Of a stretch of 64,000 nucleotides of DNA, positions 46,722-58,843 are shown in pieces. How positions within the stretch are numbered: the first letter of the stretch is position 1; each line of letters begins with the position of its first letter. Below the pieces are notes generated by a model. It saw only the letters and a list, made by a program, of their open reading frames with translations, searched no databases and was not told the DNA's origin. The DNA is from Eukaryota sp. TZLM1-RC (Eukaryota; Protista; Metamonada: BaSk clade), in contig JAUPSS010000002.1 of assembly GCA_040285825.1 (NCBI GenBank), positions 1,736,001-1,800,000 on the forward strand, read 5' to 3'. The translations under genes were made by a program, and so were the position numbers.

Positions 46722-49700
46722 CTACTTTGTTAAAACATCTTTCATGGAAACTGGTTTTGAACTACTGAAACTTCTCCAGTGTCTAATAACATTGTTTTGG
46801 ACACGGACTTGCGCAACAGCCTCCCTCCACATTTTAGTAGCGGTTGTGGGAGTTTCTTCAACAGAAACAGTACCAGTATCAGCATGAGTATCGACTTCAT
46901 AGACTTCTGGACGGCTGGCGGTTTTCTTTGAAACAGTAGACATCCTGAAAAGCCTAATGACAAACCCGATTGGCAACATTGATACACCCAATAGAAGACA
47001 GAATCCCCATTGACGGAGGGAGAGTGGCACTGTTTCAGCAAAATGACCCAAGAATTGAACCATAATGAACTGCACAACAATAGTAATGGCCAAAATGAAT
47101 AAAAAGATGAAATTAGAGAAAAAACCTCGGAAAACATTCAATTCATTGTACACACGACGACAATTGATCTCATTGAACACTTGCATCAGAACAAAAGAGT
47201 TGAAAATAATTGTATAATGGGCAGAAACTCTTCCTTCGTGAGGAACAACATCCAACCACTCACCTCCAAAGAAAAAGACTCCAAGCAGAATAACTACTTG
47301 AACGACCGACATAGCAATCAGATTTCGAATCATCGTGGGTGCTAGTAGATTATCATTACGACCATACGGTTTCCTATATAGCAAATCAGCAGTAGGTTTC
47401 TCGGTTGCAAGAGCTAGAGCAGCAAAAGTGTCCATAATAAGGTTGACCCAAAGTAATTGAACAGCTTGTAAAGGCGACTGTCCCTCGAATAAAGCACCAA
47501 GCATGGCAACGGCAATAGAAACAACATTAACAGTAAGTTGGAACTGAAGAAACTTCCTAATAGAATCATACACATTACGACCCCATTGAACAGCAGAAAC
47601 GATAGACTTAAAGTTATCATCAAGCAAAACAATATCACAAGCTTCTTTAGAAATGTCAGTGCCAGCAATCCCCATGGCAAAACCAACATCAGCAGCAGTC
47701 AAAGCTGGAGCATCATTTGATCCATCACCCGTGACGGCAACAACCTCACCAATCTTACGTAGACGTTGAACGATGGTAAGCTTATCAGTAGGAGAGCAGC
47801 GAGCCACGACTTGTAGTTTAGGAAGTAACTGATCATACTCTTCGCTAGTTAAGTGACGTAGTTCAGGGCCAGTGAGCGCAACCCCAGAGTCAGTTAAGAT
47901 TCCACATTCCTTTGCAATAAACCTGGCTGTTTCTATGTTATCACCAGTGAGCATTCTGACGGTGATCCCGGCCTTCTTACACTGTTCTACAGCACCTGGT
48001 ACCTCTGGACGGACAGGATCCTTGATACCAGTGATTGCAATAAGGGTAAGAGGCAAAGAGGGTGGTTCTTCCATATCTTCAAGTTCATCAGCAGAAATGT
48101 TAGAGAGGGGAGTTGAGGCCAAGCAAATGGTGCGAAGACCCTGTCTGGCCATTGAGAGAATTGACTGCTCATATTCACTCTTCAATGACGAGGTAAGTTC
48201 AACAACTTCATCATTAATCAAGACTTTTGAGCACATATCAAGAACTATTTCAGCAGCACCCTTCGTATGGAGAACAAATTCACCTTCATTGTCAACAACA
48301 ACATCCATTCTCTTGGAAGCTGAACTAAAAGGCCATAGTTTGATCATGTCAGCATCACGTCGTTCCTTGGCGTAATCAGGACAGTTTGGGAAGGTCTTGG
48401 CGAACATCATTAAAGCACCTTCCGTTTTTGACCCAGTTACTTTGAGTTTCCCACTGTCATCATCAGAAGGAGAGAGATCAGCTGTGGAATTGAGTTGAAT
48501 ATTTTGTAAAAGATTTGTTCTGAGCAGTTCTTGGGAATCATTGAGGAAAAACTGGGCATTTCTTCCAAGGAAACAGTCTACTTGGTTAAACGTTCCATGA
48601 CCTACAACAACCTTCATTACGGTCATCTGATTTAAAGTTAGTGTACCCGTCTTATCAGAACAGATGGTAGTTGCACCCCCCATAGTTTCACAAGATGCAA
48701 GCTTTCGTACAAGATTGTTGTCATGAAGCATTTTCCTCATTGAATAAGCAAGTGAAATAGTAACGGCTAATGGAAGACCTTCTGGAACAGCAACAACAAC
48801 AATCGTAACACCAATAATGAAGATATCAACAAACTGAGCAGAATGTTCCCAGAAATCAGCTTCTGATGGCCAATCAAAGAAATACTTGATAGAAAGAATT
48901 ACCATAGTTAACGTGGCAAAAAACAGGCCAGCTTTACCGATAAGTACAGCTAATCCTTCTAGTTTGGTTTCTAAGGGAGTCTTTGAGTTTTCTTCGGCTT
49001 GTGCTGCAATCTGCATAGACATCTTACCACTTTGGGAGCGTTGACCAACAGCAGTAATGACCATAAGACCAGTACCAGACGAAACAGGACATCCAGACAA
49101 AAGGAACGGGCACTTGACAGGGTGTTTCTTAATCTCATCAGATTCACCAGTCATTGAAGATTCATCACACTTAACATCCTGACCACGAATGAGAAGACCA
49201 TCAGTGGCGAGAATGTCACCAACACCAATCTTAACCAAATCTCCAACCACAAGTTCTTCAATGGAAATGTTGACAATCTCACCATTACGCACAACCTTGA
49301 CCTCCTTGTCTTGTTGTTTCTTTGAGAGAGACATGAATTGGAGTTGTTTCTTGTAATCATTGGTGGCGGTGACAAGACCAACAATGACAACGGCAATGAG
49401 AATAGCTGTACCCTCGATCCACCCCTCAGCGAGCCCTTCTGTGATGACTCCAAGAATGAAGGAAATGACAGCAGCCACCATGAGGATTTTCATAGTAAGA
49501 TCATCCATGGCTTGAATGAAGAAACTCCAGAAGGAACTAAACGGAGGTGTGGGGAGGGAGTTAACACCGAACCAAGTTTTGCGGGCAGCGAAGCCTGAGC
49601 GTGCTTCCGATTCAGGTAATCCATTGTCAGGGTCAGTACGAAGAAGAGACACAATTCCGGAAAGGCCACCATATTCAGACAATGTCTTGGTGTCATAAGG

Positions 49701-49775
49701 AATATCACAAATGCTGGCAGCTGCATCCGCAGAGATATCAAAGGAGGCATCGCCATCCACTTGTGGCGCAGTCAT
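46722..49775 (-). CDS. PMCA: P2B-type (plasma membrane/vacuolar) Ca2+-transporting ATPase
   Basis: 1017 aa; TGES, VAVPEGLPLAV, DKTGTLT, TGDN, GDGSNDAPAL, LQFQLTVN. Confidence 0.96.
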   Translation of the reverse strand: MTAPQVDGDASFDISADAAASICDIPYDTKTLSEYGGLSGIVSLLRTDPDNGLPESEARSGFAARKTWFGVNSLPTPPFSSFWSFFIQAMDDLTMKILMVAAVISFILGVITEGLAEGWIEGTAILIAVVIVGLVTATNDYKKQLQFMSLSKKQQDKEVKVVRNGEIVNISIEELVVGDLVKIGVGDILATDGLLIRGQDVKCDESSMTGESDEIKKHPVKCPFLLSGCPVSSGTGLMVITAVGQRSQSGKMSMQIAAQAEENSKTPLETKLEGLAVLIGKAGLFFATLTMVILSIKYFFDWPSEADFWEHSAQFVDIFIIGVTIVVVAVPEGLPLAVTISLAYSMRKMLHDNNLVRKLASCETMGGATTICSDKTGTLTLNQMTVMKVVVGHGTFNQVDCFLGRNAQFFLNDSQELLRTNLLQNIQLNSTADLSPSDDDSGKLKVTGSKTEGALMMFAKTFPNCPDYAKERRDADMIKLWPFSSASKRMDVVVDNEGEFVLHTKGAAEIVLDMCSKVLINDEVVELTSSLKSEYEQSILSMARQGLRTICLASTPLSNISADELEDMEEPPSLPLTLIAITGIKDPVRPEVPGAVEQCKKAGITVRMLTGDNIETARFIAKECGILTDSGVALTGPELRHLTSEEYDQLLPKLQVVARCSPTDKLTIVQRLRKIGEVVAVTGDGSNDAPALTAADVGFAMGIAGTDISKEACDIVLLDDNFKSIVSAVQWGRNVYDSIRKFLQFQLTVNVVSIAVAMLGALFEGQSPLQAVQLLWVNLIMDTFAALALATEKPTADLLYRKPYGRNDNLLAPTMIRNLIAMSVVQVVILLGVFFFGGEWLDVVPHEGRVSAHYTIIFNSFVLMQVFNEINCRRVYNELNVFRGFFSNFIFLFILAITIVVQFIMVQFLGHFAETVPLSLRQWGFCLLLGVSMLPIGFVIRLFRMSTVSKKTASRPEVYEVDTHADTGTVSVEETPTTATKMWREAVAQVRVQNNVIRHWRSFSSSKPVSMKDVLTK

Positions 49776-49819
49776 GGAATCAAAATAGGAGATTGAATAT
49801 GCTAATTCTTTCTTGGATT

Positions 49820-50630
49820 TTTTTTAATAAAAAGATATATATTGAACTTGCACACCTAATTAACTCATTAAATTAACTCATAACTAATGGGACGACTATC
49901 ATTGAACATTTCTTGGTTTTTGAATTTATTATTTGAAATTCGAATTCACCTCAACTCACTTTGCGCCATGCTCTGAATTGCTCCAAATTGATAACTTATC
50001 GTTCTTCATTACATGATGCTGTTAGAGACACTGTTTTCAATATGGCACAAACTGCAAGAATATTGTGTATCAAAGAGCCTATGCTGAAGGAAACACTTTT
50101 TCTGAATAATTTTGGTTCTGATGATAGAGGTGATGTATACTGTTATTGGATTGAGAACCCTAGAGCTGTTGTTGACTTTGTCTCCTGTAATGTTGCAAGT
50201 GACACTTTGGTTCAAAGAAGAAAACTTAATCTTGTAAATGCTCTTGAATTTAAAGCTAAAGAATAACATAGAAAATATGACAAAGATATGGAAGAAGCTA
50301 ATGCTGATAGCAATAGACTACTTGTTGTTATTGCTTTCACATTTTCGATAAACGGAAGACTATCAGTAGAAGCAGGAACCTTTTTGAATGATTTCCAAAA
50401 AATGGTTCATGAAAAAACAATGAAAAGATTTGATGCTTTTTTATGGCGCTCTCGGATTCAGTTTGCCATTATTAATAGATTACCTCGGTTTTTTAATCGA
50501 ATTAGAGAAGCTTTAGCTAGACAGGAAGCAGATCAAGATTTTGTAGAGGAAATCTTGGTTTAATGAATTTCGTCCCATTAGTTATGAGTTAATTGTATTA
50601 AGTGGGCTAGTTCAATAAATATATCTTTAT
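49820..50630. mobile_element. CRE-like group I: short minus-strand 3' end (~49820-49906) joined to a plus-strand 3' portion (~49935-50630)
   Basis: ORFs 49961 and 50288 carry the RLE; the same 3' terminal sequence appears at both ends in inverted orientation. Confidence 0.8.
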
Positions 50631-50639
50631 TTGAAATAC

Positions 50640-52130
50640 ATACTTTAGTAGTACTTTCATCAACCATCATTCAAACTAATTCCACGGATCTTCATCCTTG
50701 GTGAGATCGTCCACAGACGTTCTAGAATCCTACTGGTATTGCTCCTCAGTAGTGCTCACTAATTGCAATTTCTAGTTGATTTAGTGATGCAGAAATGTCT
50801 CTAGACCAAACTTGATTTTATTCCGGACAACTGAAATAGGCGTTTTGAACTTTTACTTCATCATGAACTTCTCGATAAGTCTTTTGGTGTAGCATCTTGC
50901 AGCAGTTCACCTTTGCAGATGTCATGTATTTATCTCCGATCTTCACATTGGCAAATGAACATTGTAACAACTTGAGAAACGCCTTGCGTGGTGTTTTCAC
51001 TTTTTGACGTGATGGACCACCACCTCCATTGCCAAACCACACCTTTACTTCTCGACCATCTTCAAATTTTTTTCACTTTGTTGATAATTGAGCTGAATCT
51101 TTTCTGTTTTCTTATAAAGAAGTCAAATGTGTTTCTCCTCAATGCATTTCGAGCACTCAGATATAATTGCTGCTTTAGCAATGATCGTCTTACGATATTA
51201 CCTTCATAATCCTTATAGTCACCGATAGTTGATATTTCAAGCAGATAATGGTTCAATTTCTGCACGTCATAAACATCTATTGATGAGTGGGTCAGTAAGA
51301 ACTTGTTAAATTTGGAAATAGTTTTCTTACGAATTAGGCTAATTTTTGATCTTTCTGCCACCAATCAAGAATATTTCTCCAACTTTTCTATTGGATTAAA
51401 TTTCTGTTTCCAACTAGATCTTCTTTGTTTCACTATTTCAAATAGCTTTCTCAAATCGGGATCAAAAGAATTTTGCAAAATGTATTTCCAAAACTTGTAA
51501 ATATCAACGTAAAGATTATGGAAAACATAATTCAATTATTTTGGCCTTCATAGTGGTTAAAAATGGTTGATTCTGGCGATGTTTTATAATATCTTGAGTA
51601 TTTGACAAAACATAATTGGAAATACCAAGGCCACTACAAGCATCTGATGGATAATGTTTACCTAAAATTCTGAAACGCTTCTCTTTGTTTATCAATGAAG
51701 GAAGTTCGTAATCATTAATTTTTAAGAACGGATTAGTTATTATGGTCGATTTTTGCATAACAAAGAACACCAATTTTCTGAAGCTGCAACTAAACAATTA
51801 GTCCATTCGACACCAGAAAATATCATTTGGGAGAGATACAGGACACATGATACTGATCTACCAAATCAATTAATCTCAGCAGCAAAAGCAATATTTCTTT
51901 TACAAAGACCTGATGCAACTGTTATTCTGTGGTTGGCAATGATTTTCAAATCATTTAAAGGGGTTGGTGGGATATTGATAACAATAAAAAATAAAATTGT
52001 TTTTTTCCAACACGTCCCCTTGGAAGACACCCAATTTTTGATAAAAATCTCTTGATTAATCAATTCTAAACTAAACCAGAGTTTTGAATACATTAAATTA
52101 ATCAAACAAAACTGATCCACATGCATCAGC
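50640..52130 (-). pseudogene. Fanzor family C remnant (Fanzor1-like)
   Basis: VWFGNGGGG..TP.K, degenerate RuvC-II GDKYMTS, C..CC, SCPE*, then VWSRDISASLN (RuvC-III) and IPVGF. Degenerate RuvC-I near SGLGISNYV. Confidence 0.7.
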
Positions 52131-52906
52131 TACATCTTTCATAATTAAAAAAATTTGGATTTAGAATTTTTTAGACAGCGTTAATTGCGTTATCAAAATC
52201 AAGTTGGTGTTCAATACTACTGGTTATACTAGGCAAAATAAACTTTTCAGATTTAGATATTACACTATTAACAAGCATATGATTCATGGCCTAATTAACC
52301 AATTACGCAGATTAAATTTTAGATAAACATGGTGTTAGAGAATTAGGTCTAGAATTTTGAACAATATTTGGTTCATCTTTCTTGTCAATAAGCTTAAGAC
52401 TAGTTGTGTGCCAACCTAATGGATAATGTCAAGCCTCGATAATTCTGTTAAATCAATAATTAATGATTGGCAAAAGAGATGGGTACTGTGTGAACAACAA
52501 ATAAAACAACTGCTCAAGATCAGCTGCTGAAGAAGATTTTTTCTAAATATATTTTGTTAATTTCTCTTATGTTATGAAGGCCAATTCCTGAACAAACTCA
52601 ACAAGACATTCATGTAACCAATTCAGTTTTTCATAAACGTAACCTGGCAATGGCTCGCTTCAATGTTTTATTACTTTCAGAAGCAGAATTCATCAAGCTG
52701 TAGGAGACCAATTATATTATATGTGTAAGTCTCGAAGAATTGACTCTTTGATTGGAACCTCTATTGTCAAATATCTTTGATGTTGAAAGTCATTTTCGTG
52801 TAAACAAACAGGGTGATGTGTATTGCCAGAATAAGATCAAATTATCCAAATTGTGCAGTCAACAACACACAAAATTCAATCTGTATCCATTTGCATTTTC
52901 GTTATA

Positions 52907-54792
52907 CAACTGATGGCTTCAGTAGACCACCTCAGTATATGGCCCCAGTAATGTTTACCAATTTTGAAAACAATTTGAAACTAAATTATGAAAAACATAT
53001 TAATCGATTTATTAATGTTTATTTTGACAAACCAGATGTGGAACATGTGTTTGCAGAAATGCATAAGCTGGGTGGATACTCGACGCCATTATCTACTATA
53101 ATTTCACTATATAGATTTAGGCTTCGTCAATTCAAAAACTTGTTTTTAGTTGATGAGAGAGATTGCTCGGGTTCTTTGTTTCATCATCCAGAAAATACTT
53201 CAGACCTTCCGAATGATGAATTTTTTGATTTATGTGAACAACATGATATAAGAGATAATGAACGTAGAGACATATTTGAAGGTCTTATTGAGCCTTTTAC
53301 TTGCCAAATTGAGAACTTGGTCACTGACGAGAATTTAGTTGATAACATATTTCCAGTGGATATACATTTTCTTGCAGACACTGTGGAAACAGATCCTCAA
53401 ATATTCCTAAAACCAGCAATTACAATTGCACAATATATCTCCAGTAGAGAGAGAAAACCTTATCAAATTTCTCCCGTTTCAACCACTGTAGGCCCTGGAT
53501 ATTTTCCCATTGATACAAGAACACTATGGAGAATTGTTAAACAAACATTGATGGACGATTTATCATCTACACAGACGCTGAAAATGACCAATACACTAGC
53601 CCAAATTACGAAATTCAAACCACCTCAGCAATTTGACTTTTGGTCTAATATTCTCGATTTAAATCAACCAATGTTCAAACAGAAGAGCTATAAATTCAAC
53701 AACATTATACACACAGACGGATTTAATATTGCAGTAGAATTTGTTCGTCGGGATTTACAAGGTCAGAAATGTAAGCCAGACAACAAGGCTAGTATTTCTG
53801 ATTTATATATTGATGATGTTGATGTTGATGCTTTTCAAGACAAACGAATTGTTGTTTGTGATCCTGGAAAACGTGATTTATTGTATTTTGGGAGTAAAAA
53901 GACTGATCAAGAACTAGCCATGGTGCCTGAACATGAAACTGAACAGCAAAGAAATAGTCGGGTGATGAATCAAGACAAGAAGTACAAATGGTTGAGAATG
54001 ACTCAGATGTCCTGGTCTTTGAAAAGCAGGATGAATGAAAAACAAAAACGATGGGCGATAAAGTATACTGAGGTAGATTCCGACAGGAACCAAATGATGG
54101 AGTCTAACGAAATGACAAAGATGCAAACACCCAATTATCTGCGTTTACTGCCAATTCAGCAACTTTTATAGGTTTTTCCAATTTTGTGGTTGCCAAACTT
54201 CGCCAAGTTGTTTTTGACAATTGACTTTTACAGTCTTGACTTGTGGAGCATTCATAAAATGCAAGCTTTTATTCACAAACAAAAGACTGATATTGGGTTG
54301 TTAAAAAGCCTTGTTGAGAATTTTGGCAATCCAAAAGACACTTTAATACTAATTGGTGATTATGGTAAAAAAGGTTCCAAGAATTTAAAACACCAGAGAC
54401 CTACTCGAGGCATTGGATGGATTTAATTTCTGAAAAGAAATGAATTTGAAGTATTGATGATCAATGAAGCTTTCACTTCAGCAAAATGTCCTGTTTGTTT
54501 TGAAAAGGTTGCTACGTTTTTGAGAGTAACAAATCCCAGAGTGTATAGAAGAGAAAAGACTCCTGTTACTACATGTAATGGTTTATTAGCTTGTAATAGC
54601 GAGAGTTGCAAACTCAGTAACAAAGGCTCAACAAAGCTTTTCAATAGAAATAAGCTGGCTTGTCTGAATATGTTTGCAATTGCTGAAGCCAGAATGAGTG
54701 GTAATGAAAGGCCTCAGTATCTGTGTAGTAGATAGTTTTTGTAATTATTCCACACGAAAATTGATCGTGTATTTATGGGAATTTCCCACAGA
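52907..54792 (+). pseudogene. Fanzor family A copy 2, 5'-truncated
   Basis: Highly similar to 14742-16631. Has a 4-nt deletion near 54117 and a TAA at 54424; same 3' end hairpins. Confidence 0.92.
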
Positions 54793-54819
54793 TGAATTAA
54801 TTAAAAATTCACGTTCCAA

Positions 54820-55980
54820 ATGTCTCTCTCTGCTTTGCATAAGGCGTGGAAACGCGTCGAAAAAAGACATCGTGCTGTTTCTTGTGATGCAGTTGCAACA
54901 GTATCAAAAACTGCTGACCAACTCAGCAATGTTCCTTCAGTAGATATTCAACACGATCTTAAAAGTTATCAACCAGATCTTGAAAAGCTGGCACACTTGC
55001 AAAAAGATGTATCTACACTATACACTAAAGTCGAAAAAGCGGTACATGAGATGTGTCCATCTAATGTATCAGATCTCCAATTTCCAAATAACAGCTGGGA
55101 TCTTTCTCTACTGGATGCTGCAGTTGCTGATCACCTTATGCGTACAGGTAGAATGGACGTAGCTAAAGAGCTGGTATTATCTTCCAATGTTCATCCACCT
55201 GCTGGGAAGGACTGGGAAGCTCGCTTTTCTGTTCTTCACTCCATTACTAAACACATCAGCAATGGGGAGCTCTCCCCCTTACGAGAATGGTGTTTATCTA
55301 ATCAACAACGTCTCATATCGTCTTATTCAGGGCGTAATCTTATGCTCAAACTCGGTTCTCTGTTGTTTATAGAGGCTCTTAAATCAGACTTGCCAAATAC
55401 AGACCTAGTCTCTCTATCCAGACAGGTATTTACTCCTTTGATTTCATATCATTTAAACGACATTAAAAAGCTGTTTGGAGTTTTGGCATATCGTTTGTAC
55501 CTAGCAGACTGTCCTTATACTTCGTTTCTATCAATAGATAGATGGTCTGAGCTTCAGACTCTGTTCACCAGAGAGTACTGTAGCACATTGAACCTTTCTC
55601 CACAATCAGACCTTGAAGTTGCTCTTAATCTAGGTGTTGCGGCTCTTCCTTCGTTGGTTGAAATGGCAAGTAGAGCTGAAGCCTTGGAAATGGAAAGTGA
55701 AGATTTTACAAAGAATTATCCAGTGACAACGGAGTTTGATATTGGTGAGCTAGCTTCTGGTCTCCATAATGTTTTTGTTTGTCCTGTGTCAAAAGATCAA
55801 GCCAGTGAAGAAAATCCACCAATCCTGCTGTCTTGTAACCATGTCATTTGTAAGCAAACAATGGAAAGGATAATGATGCAGGGAAGTTCAAGCAGGAGGT
55901 TTAAATGTCCGATATGTCAGAGTGTCAACCACCAAGATCCCAGCAGTCTCCCAAAATTGAGATTTCGCCAATGTTGTTAG
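54820..55980 (+). CDS. RMD5: RMD5/GID2 (RMND5) CTLH-complex RING subunit
   Basis: LisH/CTLH/CRA region plus HNVFVCPVSKDQASEENPPILLSCNHVIC...FKCPIC. Confidence 0.9.
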   Translation: MSLSALHKAWKRVEKRHRAVSCDAVATVSKTADQLSNVPSVDIQHDLKSYQPDLEKLAHLQKDVSTLYTKVEKAVHEMCPSNVSDLQFPNNSWDLSLLDAAVADHLMRTGRMDVAKELVLSSNVHPPAGKDWEARFSVLHSITKHISNGELSPLREWCLSNQQRLISSYSGRNLMLKLGSLLFIEALKSDLPNTDLVSLSRQVFTPLISYHLNDIKKLFGVLAYRLYLADCPYTSFLSIDRWSELQTLFTREYCSTLNLSPQSDLEVALNLGVAALPSLVEMASRAEALEMESEDFTKNYPVTTEFDIGELASGLHNVFVCPVSKDQASEENPPILLSCNHVICKQTMERIMMQGSSSRRFKCPICQSVNHQDPSSLPKLRFRQCC

Positions 55981-56269
55981 TTGTAAATACATGTGTTTCT
56001 CTTTTTTTTATTTTAAATTATTGACTAGACAAAAACTTAAACAATATAATTTGATTTAATAATATTAGGGTGAAATTCCTTATCATAACTCCATGATTTC
56101 AACAGTCTAGATTCGACTTTTCGAAAAAAGATAAATGATTCTGCTTTCCCTTTTACTAACTATAGTGGTAATGCTTTCAATTTCTTGGTTGCTGGTTAGG
56201 AAATGTGCCTCAAATTCAGAAAGAATTACAAGCTATTTTGGAAAAATTGAAAATTGAACTTCAATTTAT

Positions 56270-56600
56270 TCCAACGAGAAACTAAACCACAAACTTAAAA
56301 TTCTAAATCTTCATATCCCAATTCAGCCAAAATGAATTGACTGGAAGTTTTTCCTTCATAATAACGGTTAAGAGATATCAAAGCAGAAAATAATAATAAG
56401 GGGACAACACCTTTTAAAAAATGAAAGTACAATTCTGTTCTGCCAAAACATTTTGTCACAGATTCTACCTGTACGTTGTTTTACAATTTCAACAAAAGCA
56501 TCCAAGAAAGATAAAGCAAGTGGTCCAAGCGTGACATGTAAGGAAAAAACAAATGGAAAAAGGACATAAGGAGTACAAAAAATATTAATTTTTCTCGTTT
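56270..56600 (-). mobile_element. CRE-like group II 3' fragment
   Basis: FPFVFSL..TLGPLALSFLD..RTGRI.D..FWQNRIV. Confidence 0.7.
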
Positions 56601-56883
56601 TATATAAGATATACTGGGAGAATAGCCCACAATTTGAGATCTTGGACTCCCTCCATAGCATTAGATTTTTGTTGTTCCTTTGATTCCTTTAATTTGTCGA
56701 AAATGGAAACAATTTGCAAACAACAAATTTGAATACACATAATAGGTATACTAACTATTTTGTTGACGCACCACGACTGGTGGTCTACAAGCTTGAACAC
56801 AAGCCAGAGCAGAATCATCACCTAATCATGTGTTGAAATCCGTTTGTTGAACCCCGTAATGTTCCTTTACCTTCCTTCTTGTA

Positions 56884-57576
56884 ATGGCCAACATTGAAAA
56901 GAAACTTGTGCTGGGTCTCAATATATTCTCTACTTCAGTTTGCTTGACCGGGGTTTTACTTTCTATTCTACATAGGATTTCTGTCTTCCATTACGGAATG
57001 AATCTTTGGTTCGCTATTACCGCATCTCTACTCTGTAGTGCTCATACAGTGTCAATTTACTATAGATACAAGCATTTTTTCAGAATAACACAAACAATCT
57101 CCTTTATTACCCTCTTTTTTACTGCATTTACTCTCTACTTTAGGATACTGTCCGGTGTCGTTCCTCCTTTTATAGAAGAATTAACAAACAATATTGTAAT
57201 TACAGGTTCTGTTTTTGTGGCGTTGCTATGGGCATCACTGGGATCTGAACTATACATTCATTCCCTACCTGTTATTGACCTAGAATTCTTCCCTGATGCA
57301 AGAAGAGGAAATGGGACCAAGGATTCTGAACCAGAGGAGGGGGAAGAGGAAGACAGCCGACATCCATGTATAATCTGCTTCTCTAGAGGTGCTGATTCTT
57401 TGTTCTTACCCTGTGCCCATCTCATTTGCTGTCATGAATGTGGTAGGCTGTTGTCATCTTGCCCTGTCTGTAGAAGACCTATTAGCCGAATAAACATCTT
57501 ACCATCAGTTACAAGAAGGAGCAAGAGTACAGAAGAGACTGCAGTAGAAGTTGATGCTGCTGGAATTGGATTGTAA
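56884..57576 (+). CDS. Transmembrane RING-finger (C3HC4) E3 ligase-like protein
   Basis: Four TM segments, then CIIC..PCAHLICC.EC...CPVCR. Confidence 0.8.
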   Translation: MANIEKKLVLGLNIFSTSVCLTGVLLSILHRISVFHYGMNLWFAITASLLCSAHTVSIYYRYKHFFRITQTISFITLFFTAFTLYFRILSGVVPPFIEELTNNIVITGSVFVALLWASLGSELYIHSLPVIDLEFFPDARRGNGTKDSEPEEGEEEDSRHPCIICFSRGADSLFLPCAHLICCHECGRLLSSCPVCRRPISRINILPSVTRRSKSTEETAVEVDAAGIGL

Positions 57577-58843
57577 TATTTATTAAATTTTTTAGAATTA
57601 TTTATTAAATTATTTAATGTTTTTTCTTCATTTTTTTGGGTTGCAATGTTATAGAAGCACCTACAGTACTACACTCTATTTAATGTTTCCCAGAACGCAG
57701 TTCAGATTCTAAACAGTGGCAATGGTATTGTTGAAACTTTAGTCTTTTTCAATTAATGTTCTATGAAATTCAAAGAAATTTGACCCAAATAAATAAATTT
57801 TATTCTTCTGGAGTTTCATGTTGAACGTCAGTCATAGAATTCCATTGACTAATTATTCTTCTTTTTTAATTTTATCTATAAAACAAAGATCCAAAAGACC
57901 CCAACTAGTTGGCTATCAACTTCACATTCGCCATGTAGGAATAATTGAATTCACCCAATTTTCGTTTTTTGACAATTTACAAATTTTGAATAAGTAATGT
58001 TCGAAAAAGCAAGTTTAGTTGAGGAATTTAAACTAGTTTCATTCAGTATTGCATCATGGGAAAGTTTGATAAAATAAGCGATTTGGTCATCACGGAAAAC
58101 CTCATTCTGTCATTGAAGGAAGCTTAATGCTAACAAACCCTATCTGGAAATAGATTTTTAACTTATCGTAACTTTGGGCGAAAAACTGACCATTGTTAAA
58201 TTTCTTTTTCAACATTCTTTTTCTCAAAATAATATTGAATTATGAATTAGAATTTTCCAACACATTGAACATATCTCATTTAAATAATGATTACTGAATC
58301 TGTTACAGTGGTTTTTTGCAACAACTTGTCTCAACTTTGCACAATGATTTGTAGGGAAAGAGGACTACCACTATTGTTGACCTTTCAAAACAACATTTCT
58401 TAAATCGTCATTAATTGAAGCAGGTCTACCACCCTCATTCTAAACCTTTAAACTCCTCATTGGCGGTTAATTTACTGAGTAACATTTGAATTTGTTCTAC
58501 TACTTTTCGAGTAATTAGAGAAAAATCTTGTTTGTTTTTACTTAATGTGAAAGAAACAATTTAAGACAATAAGAAATCTTCATTCTCAATCTGTTTGACG
58601 AAGAATATTTGGGTGTAGAGCACCAGCTTAATTAAACGAGATTTTTGTTTTTGTTGTGCAATAAACATTGAGGTATACAAAAAGTGTTATCTCCCCAGTA
58701 ACAGATGTAGGTGTTGACTTTTAACAGCAGATTTAGCATTCTTCAGGAAATCCTCAATTTTATACAATTTATTGTTTCTTTGAAATCAAAAATAAATTAA
58801 AAAGAAATAGGACAATACTACATCAAGTTACATGTACATCAAG

